Source of the DNA: Squalus acanthias
Lineage: Eukaryota
Assembly: GCA_030390025.1 (NCBI GenBank)
Contig: CM059431.1
Location: 144,276,001 to 144,340,000, forward strand
Direction: 5' to 3'
DNA length: 64,000 nucleotides
Shown: positions 23,745 through 35,594 of the stretch, one piece after another
Layout: the number at the start of each line of letters is the position of its first letter
How positions within the stretch are numbered: position 1 is the first letter of the stretch
Notes under the pieces: generated by a model
Databases searched by the model: none
Told to the model about the DNA's origin: nothing
What the model saw: the letters and a program-made list of their open reading frames with translations, nothing else
Translations under genes and position numbers: made by a program

Positions 23745-24868
23745 GATCTCATGGGATTGAGTGCAATATAGTAGAGTGGACCTATGATTGGGTAACAGAG
23801 AGAAAACAGAGAGTAGGAATAAACGGATCATTTTCGGGTTGGCAGGTTGTAACTAGTGGGGTGCCACAAGGATTGGTGGTTGGCCTTCAGCTCTTTACCA
23901 TCTATATTAATGATAGATGAGGGGACAGTGCGTAATATATCCAGGTTTGCGGACTATGCAAAGCTAGGTGGGAAGGCAAGCTGCGAGGATAACGCAAAGA
24001 GGCTGCAACGGGACATAAACAGGTTAAGTAAGTGGGCAAGAAGTTGGCAGATGGAATATAACGTGCGGAAATGTGAAATTTTCCACTTTGGTAGGAAGAA
24101 TAGAAAAGCAAAATATTTTTTAAAAGCTGACAGACTCGTAAACGTTGGGATTCAGAGGAATTGGGTGTCCTTGTCGAGGAATCACAGGAAGGTAACGTGT
24201 AGGTGCAGCAAGCAATTAGGAAGGGAAATGTTTTTTAAGCCTTCATTGCAAGTGCGTTGGAGTAAAAGAGTAAGGAAGATTTCTGCATTTATATATGGCT
24301 TTGTGTGGCCACTCTTGGAGTACTGCGTAGATTTTAGTCTCCTTACCTAAAAATGGATATACTCGCCTTGGAGGTGTTGAAACCAAGGTTCAGTAGTTCA
24401 TTCCTGGGATGAGAGCGTTTGCATGTGAGGAGAGATGAGTAGAATGGACCTATATTCTCTGGAGTTGAGAAGAAAGATAGTTAATCTAATTGAAACGTAT
24501 ACATTTCCTAGAGCGGAAACAGGGTAAATGCAGGGAGGATGTTCTGCCTGGCTGAAGAGTCTGTAACCAGGGGCTATAGTCTCAGGATAAGGGGAATGCA
24601 ATTTAGGACTGAGATGAGGAGACATTTCTTCACTCAGAGGGTTGTGAAACTTGGAATTCTCTACCCCAGAGGGCTGTGGATGCTCTTTCGTTGAGTATAT
24701 TCAAGAATGAGCTCGATAGATTTTTGGACACTAAGGGAATCAAAGAGTGCGGTGAGAGGGCGGGAAAGTGGAATTGAGGTAGAAGATCACCCATGATTTT
24801 GTTGAATGGTGAAGCAGGCCTGATGGGCCGTATGGCCTACCCTGCTCCTATTTCTTCTGTTCTTATGT
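23745..24868 (+). mobile_element. CR1 RT C-terminus and 3'UTR
   Basis: ISRFADYAKLGG, WQMEYNVRKC, TTCTTCACTCAGAGGGTTGTG and the CCTGCTCCTATTTCTTCTGTTCTTATGT tail. Confidence 0.9.
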
Positions 24869-25588
24869 TCAACTGGTTATGGATATTTTAGATAAAAAGA
24901 AGAAAAAACAAACGGTGCTGGATATATGCAACGAAAACAGACAATACTCGAAACACACAACCGGTTGTGTGAAGAAGCAAATCAGTTGATGGTTCACGTG
25001 TAGACCCAGCGTCAGATTTACATTTTTTGGATAGGTTAATCTGATTTTTTGCAGATTTAATTTATTATTACATTTCACTCCCTCTTTCGCGGTTACACAG
25101 GTCCAAGGCCCGTGTCCCCAGGCGAGAAGCAATAGGGCAAAGTAATGGGTGTGAAGCCAATGTCAGAAATCCTCTGTGTCCCACCATTAGGGGGTGCTGC
25201 AAAGACTGCTAAAGCCAATGTTCGACTGATTGTCTATCTGGAAGGATTTTTTTTGGTTGCCACTTACAATAGACCTATTAGGTAATGCCCTCATGAGAAT
25301 CCTCTAAGCCACCAGAACAGCAGAATCAACCAATACCATGTTTCGTTACTGCTTACCACTCAGTTGTAGTGAGGCTGTCTTTAATAGAATCGGCTTTCTT
25401 GGATACCTCAAGAGGCAAGTTAGAAATCAAATATGAAACACCAATGAACACAGCTACTCCCAGTGTGATATAACTACAGATGAACGAATTAGCCCGCCCT
25501 CCGCCCACCCGCCGCCCAATTGCAGAAAGCTCTTGGATGCAAGAGAGGTAGATCTGAATAGTATAACAGGAGATCCCATTTCTTTCCA

Positions 25589-26490
25589 TCATTTAATAAA
25601 TTTGACTATTACTGTCAGCTGATATTTCGCCGTATTCTTCAACTCCTCCCTGAATGTTCTCTGGGTCACGACATAAATACACGTGTTTGTGCAGCAGCTC
25701 AATAGGAGAAGCATATGTCCGGATTCCTGAAGGATAAAGACTGGGTCGTTGTAACCTGTATAGACATAAGTGCCTGTGATTCGGTAATAGAGTTGATGTA
25801 CAGTGTATGTCGCCCATAACATGACGAAACTTCCGGATACACTGAAGAGTAAAATGATGGATTTTTTCCGGTTCTCCAACTCAGGATCACCTTTATGTTC
25901 AGCAGTGTTGATGCCCCTCAATGCTCGTCGGATGCTATTGGAGGCTAATATGTGTCTTACTGTCAGTACATTGAACAGTAATATAAGGAAAATTGCAAGA
26001 CACGGTGTTAAAATATGATTACTCCAGGAATATGCTATCCACGTGGGTAATGTATAAAAGTTGGATTTGAGGCCAAAGAACATTGGGATGTTGTTAATGA
26101 AATACAAAGGTTCAAGTACAAAGTACCATGGGATATTTTGCAAACAGCTCAGAACAAACACCGTGCCTACAATCGGAGCTGCCGTTTTCTCGGTGCAATA
26201 TGCTCTTTTCAGCATCTGGCAACAAATAGCAACGAATCGATCAAAGGCTAAAGCGACTGTTAACCAGACAGAGCCGTTTCTGCAAGCATAAACTAGGACC
26301 GTTTTGAGACGGCACGCCGGAGTAACGGACAAGGCACTAACTGGATAGTAAATGCCAATGATCCGGTTCAATATCACACCGGTGATAACGACCAGTAGAT
26401 CCGCGACAGCCATGGCCACCAGATAGAGAGTGATGCATTTGGAGAGACTGCACTTTCCCCGGCACTGGATGACAATTGCCATTATGTTAA
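25589..26490 (-). CDS. GPR139/GPR142-like GPCR, main coding exon (open); exon 1 not located
   Basis: Acceptor ttccctctttcttgcag|TTAAC. Open frame of about 300 codons with AMAVADL, AFDRFVAICC, DPELENRKKSIILLF and CCTNTCIY. The ORF-track N-terminus MISLFLA is intronic. Confidence 0.8.
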
Positions 26491-27944
26491 CTGCAAGAAA
26501 GAGGGAAATCATTGACTAGACTCCCAGTACAAAGCATCAGGATTTTGTCTGAATTTCACAGTTTCATTACTGCCTCTGTGGAAGGAATCGAAACGCCCGC
26601 TTTGTGGGGACTGAGGATAAATGTAACCTAACGCTCCGGGCGTAAAACGCACCGCATCCAGAAACCGCCAGTTTTACAGCGCCCAATATTAACTCCATTC
26701 ATTCAATGGAGAGTAAAACCAACGTTGTTCCCGATCCCATCAGTTTTCCAACGGACTGGTTGGGTTCGTTTCAAAATAAATCTAAATAATAATTAAAGTG
26801 TGCATTTGAAAAAAAATCATAGCAGGTGACTGGTAAACGTGAAATAATATCTAAAATGGAAAATAAGTGGAGGCGGAAGGATAAAATGAAACTAATTTAA
26901 ATGGAGGTGGAAACTTGTAATCGGTACCTATGGTGTCCTATCACCTGCCCTAGAACCTGCCCACTTGTAGGCAGTGATTCTCCCGGTGAAGGCATGTCCT
27001 GTAGTGTAATCTGCACCATATGTGTATGCCAATCTCTGAGCAGGTGCTTGATAGGGTTAGATCCAGTGCTGTTTCGATTGGGTTCAAGGCACAAATGAAC
27101 GTTGGTGCAGCTAATAAATGTGACCCTCGGGTCAGCGGTCGGAGCAGAGCAAACTTAGAGGTGTGAGAAGCGGAAAGTGAAAGTCAGAGTAGGTAAGGCC
27201 GCAGTAATGAGTCAGTGAAGCGGAAGTAGGGGAGTGAAGGAGGAAGGAAGAACAAGCTGGGAGCGAGGCGGGGTAGTATTTTGAAGCATCAGGCACAGAA
27301 ACGTGAAAGAGCTAGAATTTTACGTTTGCCATGGGCAAAGAGGTAAAACAAACTGTGCCGTAACTCGGATTCCAACTGAAGTGGCTGCGACAAAAACATA
27401 GGAACCTAAGCCCCAAACAGAGCAGAAAGTGTCCAGGATCCATCCCTGGCCTGAGCTGTGTTAGTCGATTACAGCCATGTGTTAAAGAGCAGAAATAGTG
27501 CACGAAGGTCCCATGTTCCCTGGGCGGATCCGAGTGGGCTTCACAGTTTGTTGCGTTTGTGAGGGAGGGACGGGTCTGTGTGTGTGAGACAGGTGGGTCC
27601 GTGTGGTAGGGGTTAGGGTGGGTATGGGATTTCCATTTTGGGGAGGAGGGTGGATTCTTGTGATGGTGGGCCGAGTCCTTGTGCGGGGAGAGGCGTGTGT
27701 TTTGGGGATGAGGCGGGTCTATTTGGAGGGGGAGAGGCACTTGTGATTGAGGGAGGGGCTGATTTGTGTGCGGAGGGGCAGGCCGGTGTGGGGACGTGTC
27801 TATGTGACAGGAGTCTGTGTTGGTGGAGGGAGTGGGCCTGATGGTTGTGGCCTGGAGGGGAGGGGCTGGTGAGTGGGAAAGGGCGGGTTTGTGTAGGGGA
27901 GGAGCAGGATAGTGTGTGGGCAGGAGCGGGTTGGTAGGTTGAGA

Positions 27945-30265
27945 GGGTCCAGGTTCCATTCGCAACTTATTATGTTAGCTGATCTCACACGGTATGATAC
28001 TGTGCCCCTATAGACAAGCAAGGACCCAGATTTGTTAAGGGGCCTATGTTAGCTCACCTCACCCAGCGTGGTATTGATCAGCAAACATATCTGGGAGGCA
28101 TTAGGATTCAACCACGGCTTGTGCTGTGTTAGCTTAACACAACCAGAGTGGTTCAGCAATATTAAGCAGAAGGGGCCAGGCTCCATCCCCGGCTTGTACT
28201 GAATTAGCTGATCTCACCCAGTATGGGACTGAGTTCCATACAGATCATGAAGGACCCTGGCTCCAAGCCTGCCATATGCTGTTAGCTAATTACAACCTGT
28301 GTGGTACTGAGCCCCACATGAAGCAGGAAGGGTCCAGGTTTTGTTCATGGCCTTTGCGAGACCAGACTCACTGAACAGAAAGTGTCTAATTGCCATCCCC
28401 GGCCTGTGCTGCGTTAGCTGATCCCACTTAGTATGGTGCTGAACCCGATGCAGAGATGGGAGTGCCCAGTTTCCATCCCCGTTAGCTGTTAGCTCAGCTC
28501 AACCGGTATGGTATTTAGCCCCATACAGAGCTCGGAGGCCCCAGATTCTAAACCTCGGATGTGCTGATTTATAATCCCCGGGGTGGTACTGAGCTCCATA
28601 CGGAGCATGAAGGGCCAAAGATCGATTAGAGCTTTGCGTTGTTCGCTGCTCTCACTTCATGTGGTACAGAGCCTCACACAGAGGAGGAAGGACCCAGGTT
28701 CCACCCCTGCCATGTGTTGTTAACTAATCACAACTAGTGTGGTATTAAGCCCCAGGTGGAGCAGGAGGGACCCAGGTTCCACCCCTGCCATGTCTTGTTA
28801 ACTAATCACAACTAGTGTGGTATTAAGCCCCAGGTGGAGCAGGAGGGACCCAGGTTCCACCCCTGCCATGTGCTGTTCGCTAATCACAACCAGTGTGGTA
28901 TTACGACCGAGGTGGAACAGGAAGGACCCAGGTTCCACCCCTGCCATGTGTTGTGAGCTAATCACAAGCAGCGTGGTATTAAGTCCCAGGTGTAGCAGGA
29001 AGTGTCCAGGTTCCACCTCTGCCATGTGTTGTTAGCTAATCACAACCAGTGTGGAATTAAGACCCAGGAGGAGCAGGAAGGACCCAGGTTCCACCCCTGC
29101 AATGTGTTGTTAGCTAATCACAACCAGCGTGGTATTAAGCCCCAGGTGGAGCAGGAAGGACTCAGGCTTCAATTACGGTCCATGCTGAATATGTTAATGA
29201 GACACACTCATTGTGCAAGAAGGGCACAGGCTCCAATCCCAATATGTGCTGAGTTAGTTAGTCCACTCTGTGTGCTACTGAGCCACATACAGAGTAGAGA
29301 GGAACCAGCACCCATCCACAGCCTGTCCTCGTTTAGCTGATTTAGTCCAGTGTACTACTGAGCCCCACACAGATAAGGAAGTGTCCAGGTTCCATCCCGA
29401 GCCTATGCTGCTAGCTCAGCTCTCCAGGCGTGGCACTGAACCCCATTCAAAGCTGGGAGGGAAAATAGTTCTTACCTCCGCCTGTGCTGAGTCAGTTGCT
29501 CCCTATCACAGATGTACTGAGATCCACACAGAGCAGCAAAGGCCCACTTTCCATTCGAGGCTTGTGCTGTTATCTGATCTCACTCCCTGTGATAATTAGC
29601 GCTCAACAGAGTAGAACGGGCCGAAGCTCTTTAACCGCCCTGTGCTGAGTTAATTGATCTCACCCAGTGTGGTTCTGAGCTCCACACTCAGCAGGACGAC
29701 CCAGGCTTCATTCCAGGCCTATTCATATTTTTTGTAATTGGTAAAACAAATTAGCAGAAAGGGCCGAGGTTGCAGACAGGACTGTCCTGTTAGTTCATCT
29801 CATCCGGTGTGGCACTGAGCAACAAAAGAGTAGAAAGTGTCCGGGTTCCATACACGGCCTGTGCTGAGGTACCTGATCTCATCCAGTGTGGAGCTTCACA
29901 AAGAGCAGAAAGGCCTAGGCGTCATTTGCTCCTTGTATGTTCGTTGATCTCACTCCGTGGGGCTATGAGCTCCAAACTGAGCAGAAATGACCTAGTTTCA
30001 TCCGACCTGTGCTGAGTTTGCTAATCTAAGACATTGTGGCACTGAGCCCCACACACAGATGGAATGGCCGAATCTCCATCCCGGCCCCTGCTGTTAGCTC
30101 GCCTAACCCTGCGTGGCAGTGAGGGCCTCACAGAACAGAAAAGACAAAGTTTCCAACCGAGGCCTGTGGTGAGTTAACTCATTTAACCCGGTGTGGTACT
30201 GTACCACACAGAGCAGGAACGGCCCCGGTTCCATTCACGGCCTGTTCTCCGTAATCTGATCTCAA
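27945..30265 (+). repeat. 78-bp tandem satellite (~30 units) with a B-box-like GGTTCCAYCCC; probably derived from a tRNA-SINE head
   Basis: GACCCAGGTT at 28691 and 28769 gives period 78. Unit TGTGGTATTAAGCCCCAGGTGGAGCAGGAGGGACCCAGGTTCCACCCCTGCCATGTGTTGTTAGCTAATCACAACCAG. An extra unit lies at ~27400-27490. Confidence 0.9.
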
Positions 30266-30545
30266 ATTTAGGAACATAGCAACAAGAGTCGGTCATTCAG
30301 CACTTCGAGCCTGCTCCATTAGATCATGGCTGATCTGTATTGTAACTGCATTTGCTTCACTTTTTTCCGTAAACCTTCATACCATGCCTAACAAAAATCC
30401 ATCAAACTCAACTTTGAAATTTTCATTGACCCAGGCCTCAACAGTGTTTGCGGGAGAGAGATCTAGATTTCCACTATCCTTTTTTTCGAAGAAGTTCACC
30501 CTGACAGCACCCCTGTACAGCCTAGCTCTAAATTGAAGTTAATGC

Positions 30546-33500
30546 TGTCGTAAGAATGAGCCTTATGCGTGGTGAACTTAAAGTAAGCTTTAATCAACTA
30601 AAAAGGTGCTACATACAAAAGAGGTCTTACTCTATGCCTCTCCAGGATCCAACTGATCAGTCCAGTATTTATCCTGGACTAATCACAGGAAGTGATGCAA
30701 TAAAGTTCGAGTCACAGGAAGCTGTATTGTGTTACCACATTCTCCCCCCCCCCAAAAGATTAGGAGGCCGGGATGCTCCCTATATTTCGTAGCCGCTGGA
30801 CGAGGGAGAGCCGCACCCGTTTGGGTTCTCGTAGCGGTAGAGGGCCCCTAGCCCGTTTACCCGCCGCGGGGCGTGGACCAGAGTCCGAGTGATCCAGCCC
30901 GCTCTGTGAGGGGTCAGGACGATCCTGACTGTGTACTGGTGCCCGAACGGGTGTCGGGCAGGGCTGTGGCAGATCCGTTTCCGAGCGTACGGTACGGGGT
31001 GGATCGTGGCTGCGCGTGCGAGCCCCGACGGGCTCATAGTCAGTCTGCCCCAGGTCGGCACGCTGGAGTGAGATACCAGCCGGCGTCAGATCCAGATCGT
31101 GATGAGAGGCACCTGGCGAGCCCAGAGATGTGCCTGGTACAATATCATCCCCTGGTGTCCCTCTATGTTTCGGCGGGCAGGGAGCCAGATCCCGCAATGA
31201 CACGGTAGATTCCCGACCGTCAGGATACCGAATATAGGCGTAGGTAGGGTTGACGTCAGTGAGCTCAACTTCATCTACCAGGGGGTCATTCTTAGACGCC
31301 CGGACATATCTTCGGAGTAGCACTGGTCCCGGTGTAGTGAGCCACGACGGGAGAGATATCCCATAGGATGAGCGACGCTGAAATCGAAAAAACCGTTCAT
31401 GAGGCGTCGTATTTGTGGCGGTCGAAAGGAGGGACCGTGTGGAGTGTAATGCGTCTGGAAGTACTGCTTCCCATTGCTGGTTGGGTAGGCCCCGAGATCT
31501 CAAAGCCAGACGTACCGCATTCCAGATGATAGCGTTAAAACGCTCGACTTGCCCATCCCCGACCGGATGATAAGGCGTCGTTCTGCTGGCAGCAATACCC
31601 CGTTCCGAGAGATAGGCCTTGAGTTCTCCTGACATAAAAGAAGGGCCCCGATCCGAATGAACATAGGATGCCATGCCACAGAAAGCAAATACCTGCTCAA
31701 GGCAGCTGATAACCGTGGTCGTCAGCATATTGGGGCAGGGAAAGGCAAACGGAAAACGGGAATACTCATCGACCATGGTCAACAGATAAGTGTTGAGAGT
31801 TGAAGAGGGCAAAGGCCCCTTAAAATCGATGCTAAGCCGTTGCATTGGCTGGGTCGCATGTATGAGTATACCACCCGAGGGGCGGAAAAACTGAGGTTTC
31901 AATTCCGCACAGACTCTGCAGTCTGAGCACATCTTCTTTACATCCCCGGTAGAGAATGGGAGATTTCGGGACCGCACGAAGTGTAGCATGCGAGTAACGC
32001 CCGGATGACACAACCCATCATGGATGTCTACGAGCGTAGAGGGTGCCATGGCGGAGCAGAATGCTCGTGTGAGGGTTTCCGGAGCCACATTCTCCTTGCC
32101 AGGTCGATAGTGGATGGTGTAACCAAAAGAGGCCAATTCCAGCCGCCAAAGCTGGATTTTATTATTTTTAATTTTGGTCCGTTTTCGATTATCGAGCATG
32201 AAGGCGACCGATCGCTGGTCCGTGATTAAGGTAAAGTGCTGGCGAGCTAGGAGATGAGTCCACTTCCGTACTGCCTCTATGATGGCTGTAGCTTCTTTCT
32301 CGACTGGAGGATAATGTAGCTCAGCCCCTTGAAAAGTCCTGTACAAAAATGCCACCGGACGACCTTCCTGATTCAGAGTGGCCGAGATCGCCACCTCCGA
32401 GGCATCACACTCAACAACAAAAGGAAGACTCTCATCGATGGAGTGAAGAGCCGCTTTCTCCAACTGTTTTTTCAGGAAGTTAAAGGCTGCAACAGCCGCT
32501 GTGTCTAGTGGGAATGTGCTGGCCTTCAGTAGAGGTTGGATTCGGTCCGAGAAGTTAGGAATCCATTTAGCATAGTATGCAAACAGGCCGAGGGCCCGGC
32601 GCAAGGAGGCCGGATTCTTAGGTGGCGGGAGTTCTTGGAGTGGGCGAAGCCTTTCAGGGTCAGGTTTAATGATGCCATTGCCCACACAATAGCCAAGGAT
32701 GTTGATGGTTGGTTGTGACTCAATGGATTTAGCCGCATTTAATGTCAAATTACGGTGCTGGAGTGCATCCCAAAATCGTTGGAGATTGGCGTCATGTTCC
32801 CGCTGATTGCCACCTGCGACAGTAATATTGTCCAGATAAGGAAACGTATCCTTCAAGTCTTCCTGTTTGACCAGGTCATCCATTGCTCGCTGGAAGACAG
32901 CCACTCCATTAGTGACCCCAAAGGGGAGGCGACGAAATTGATACAGCCGTCCATTGGCTTCAAAGGCCGTATACTGCTTGTCTGAGACCTTCAAGGGGAC
33001 CTGATGATAGGCACTTTTCAGATCATATGTTGAGAACACCGTGTACTCAGCCAGTTTATTAACCATATCATCGATGCGCGGCAATGGGTATGCGTCCAAG
33101 TCCGTATATTGATTGATGGTCTGTGAATAGTCAATGCACAGCCGTTTCTTGTGAGGTTGTAGAGGGTTCTTAATAATAACGACCTGGGCGTGCCATGGCG
33201 ACGAACAAGGCTCGATGATATCCTCTGCTAAAAGCCGAGAAATCTCAGCCGCAATAAAAGACTGGTCTTCCTGACTGAAACGTCGTGACTTTGTTATAAT
33301 CGGTTTGCATCGAGGAGGGATACTGGTAAACAGTGAGGGTTCATCCAGTGAAGCTGCAGACAATGCACAGAACGGTAATCGAGGTCGTATATTAGAAATA
33401 GTGAGTTCAGGTTTGGATCCGCCGAACTCAATGGTGAGCTTCTTATGCTGCTTTTGAAAATCCAGCCCTAAGATAAGATCACTACACTAATCCTTGAGCA

Positions 33501-34988
33501 CCGAAAGCCGGGTGGAGGGATACCTGTGACCATTAAGTGTTATTTCAACCATACAAAAGCCAGAAATTCTGGTATTAAGTGATGACTGAGCCATCGCAAC
33601 TGCCTGGTCCGATGGGAATACATGTAGCTTTAACTCTTCAACAATCTGTTCCCTAATGAAACTATCAGTGCTACCTGAGTCAATTAAGGCATCTAAAGTA
33701 TGTCCATTAATTGATGCTTTTGTAGCTGCATGGAATAGGTTCTGAGGACAAGCAGCTGTAATTGGTGTCGTTGCACAAAGAGTGGCTGAAACTCTAGGTG
33801 TGTTTCTTCGAGAGGAAACCCGAGAGGAAGCACGATAGATGTTAGCCGGAACATCTTGATAGGCCCTTACCGGGGCAGTTCGGTAGGACTTAGCTTGATA
33901 AGCCCTTGTAGAGGCTCTTGATAGGCAAACCTTTGCAAAATGACCCTTTTTGTTGCAATGACTGCAAAACGGATTGCGAGCAGGGCAGAATTTCCGAGAG
34001 TGAAACTCATCACCACAAAAGAAGCATTTCTTAGATTGCCAAGAGGCTGCCACAGTGGGGTCATCATCCTCTTCATCAGTGAAGTCATCAGATTGATCGT
34101 CAGGGATAAAGTCCTCCCTAAAAGAGTTCACCTGTGGCCTCTTAAATTGCCTGACTGTAGTTAAGGCAGTAGACCGAGGTCTGGGCACTGTATAAAGGTC
34201 TGCATTTCTTTTTGCCAGATCTAGAGAGCAAGCCATGTCATAAGCTCTCAGAAGCTCAAGTGTCTTACTTTCCAGTAGACGCTGGCGTATAAATGGGGAG
34301 GCATGCCCGCAGATGAAAGCATCACGGATCATTTCTTCACGGTACAGCTCAGCTGAGGCCGCCTGAAAGTTACAGTCCATACTAAGTCTGCGAAGCTCTT
34401 GGAGGAATTTATCAATGGATTCCTCCGGCCTTTGTTGGGCTGTAGCTAGTAGATGTCTGGCATAGACCTCATTCGGTGTCTTAGTATATAGTCTCTTAAG
34501 CGTCCGAATTGCCTCCTCGTAACTGTCCCATTCCTCCACATACTGAAATACATTCGGGGTGACACAGTTGATGAGTATCTGCAACTTTGAGTCATCATCA
34601 GCCTTGCAATATTCCAGAAAATTGTCAAACGTGCGATACCAGTGTTTCCACACCTTACCGGCTGCTGGGGTGTTTGGGTCCAAGTCAAGACGCGATGGTT
34701 TAAGGATGTTTTCCATGATGGGTGATTCCCTGGATCCTTACTTCCGAGTTCGTCCAAAAAGTTTGAGTGCGAAGTTTTCCAAAGTTGATTAAATTGTCGT
34801 AAGAATGAGCCTTACGCGTGGTGAACTTAAAGTAAGCTTTAATCAACTAAAAAGGTGCTACATACAAAAGAGGTCTTACTCTATGCCTCTCCAGGATCCA
34901 ACTGATCAGTCCAGTATTTATCCTGGACTAATCACAGGAAGTGATGCAATAAAGTTCGAGTCGCAGGAAGCTGTATTGTGTTACCACA
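30546..34988 (-). mobile_element. Full-length Ty3/Gypsy LTR retrotransposon
   Basis: 194-bp LTRs at 30546-30739 and 34795-34988 (TG...CA, 2 differences seen). 5-bp TSD AATGC at 30541-30545 and 34989-34993. PPT at 30740-30753. Domain order gag-PR-RT-RH-IN. Confidence 0.98.
30760..34716 (-). pseudogene. Gag-Pol polyprotein of the Gypsy element, single frame broken by one TAG (33487-33489) in the protease
   Basis: Two CCHC knuckles (CFFCGDEFHSRKFC, CSHCNKKGHFAKVC); PR LIDSGS; RT LPFGVTNG and YLDN; RH ECDAS/EKEA/TDQ; IN HHCC plus IDFKG, HSDRG, QVERFN. 34716 and 33363 are in the same frame. Confidence 0.93.
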
Positions 34989-35594
34989 AATGCCCTGTTG
35001 TTCTGGACTCCACCCCCACCCCCTCCCACGCACCCGAGGGGATAGTTTATCTCTATCGACCCTATCAACGCCTTTAATTAGGTAAAACAACTCAATTAAA
35101 TCACCACTTAAGGGGATACAAGGCAAGTCTGTGTAACCTGTCCTCTTTATTTAACACTTTTTGACCCGGTATCATTCAGGTGAATCTGCACTGCATCCAC
35201 TCCAAGACCAATATATCCTTCCTGAGGTGCGGTGCCCAGAACTGAATGCAATACCCTATATGGGCTGTAACGAGGGCATTATATGATTGTAACATAAATG
35301 CACCACTTTGTATTCCAGCCTCCTTGAGATGTAGCACAACAAATGGAAGTCGATACGTATTTCAGGAGAAGGAGACAAAATTAAGGGAGAAATGGCTGAG
35401 GATTGGGAGTAAGACTTTCAGAGAGCAGTGCAGACGCGGTGGGTCGAGTAGCTTCCTACTATGCCGTAAAGGACCATAATTCTATCATTTTCCAATTAAC
35501 TTCTTATTCAGGAACGTTACTTTAAGTAGATGGTGATTTTGCTTAAAGACTGCTGCCTCTCACTCAGAAAGATCTATTTTAATATTCCATAAGC

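Larger units (their letters stand above)
30268..35325 (-). mobile_element. CR1 3' fragment split by the Gypsy insertion
   Basis: TAGGAACATAGCAACAAGAGTCGGTCATTCAGC...GAAGTTAATGC continues after the Gypsy as CCTGTTGTTCTGGACTCC. Confidence 0.85.

Noticed and set aside
25353..25500. Hydrophobic exon-like segment (SFICSYITLGVAVFIGVSYL...|GTAAG) after GPCR copy 2
   Set aside because: No acceptor or phase-compatible partner exon found. Probably 3'UTR.
27250..27332. Possible exon 1 of GPCR copy 2 (MANVKF*...KYYPASL)
   Set aside because: Internal stop, no GVP and no GT donor. The YYP match could be chance.
27312..27965. 217-aa Pro/His-rich ORF
   Set aside because: Translation of a G-rich low-complexity tract with no domain or splice support.
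28690..29160. 78-bp unit as a trimer of the 26-bp unit
   Set aside because: 78 = 3 x 26 and TGTTAG...TCACMACCAGT is shared, but no internal 26-bp periodicity is visible in the 78-mer.
28798..29340. ORFs with 26-aa repeats
   Set aside because: By-product of the 78-bp period being divisible by three.
30556..30792. Duplicated ORF MSL.RGELKVSFNQ... (also 34805-35077)
   Set aside because: Antisense translation of the two LTRs.
33487..33489. Programmed gag-pol readthrough at the TAG
   Set aside because: The stop lies after the protease DSG motif and just before its ILGLDF motif, not at the gag/pro boundary. A point mutation is more plausible.
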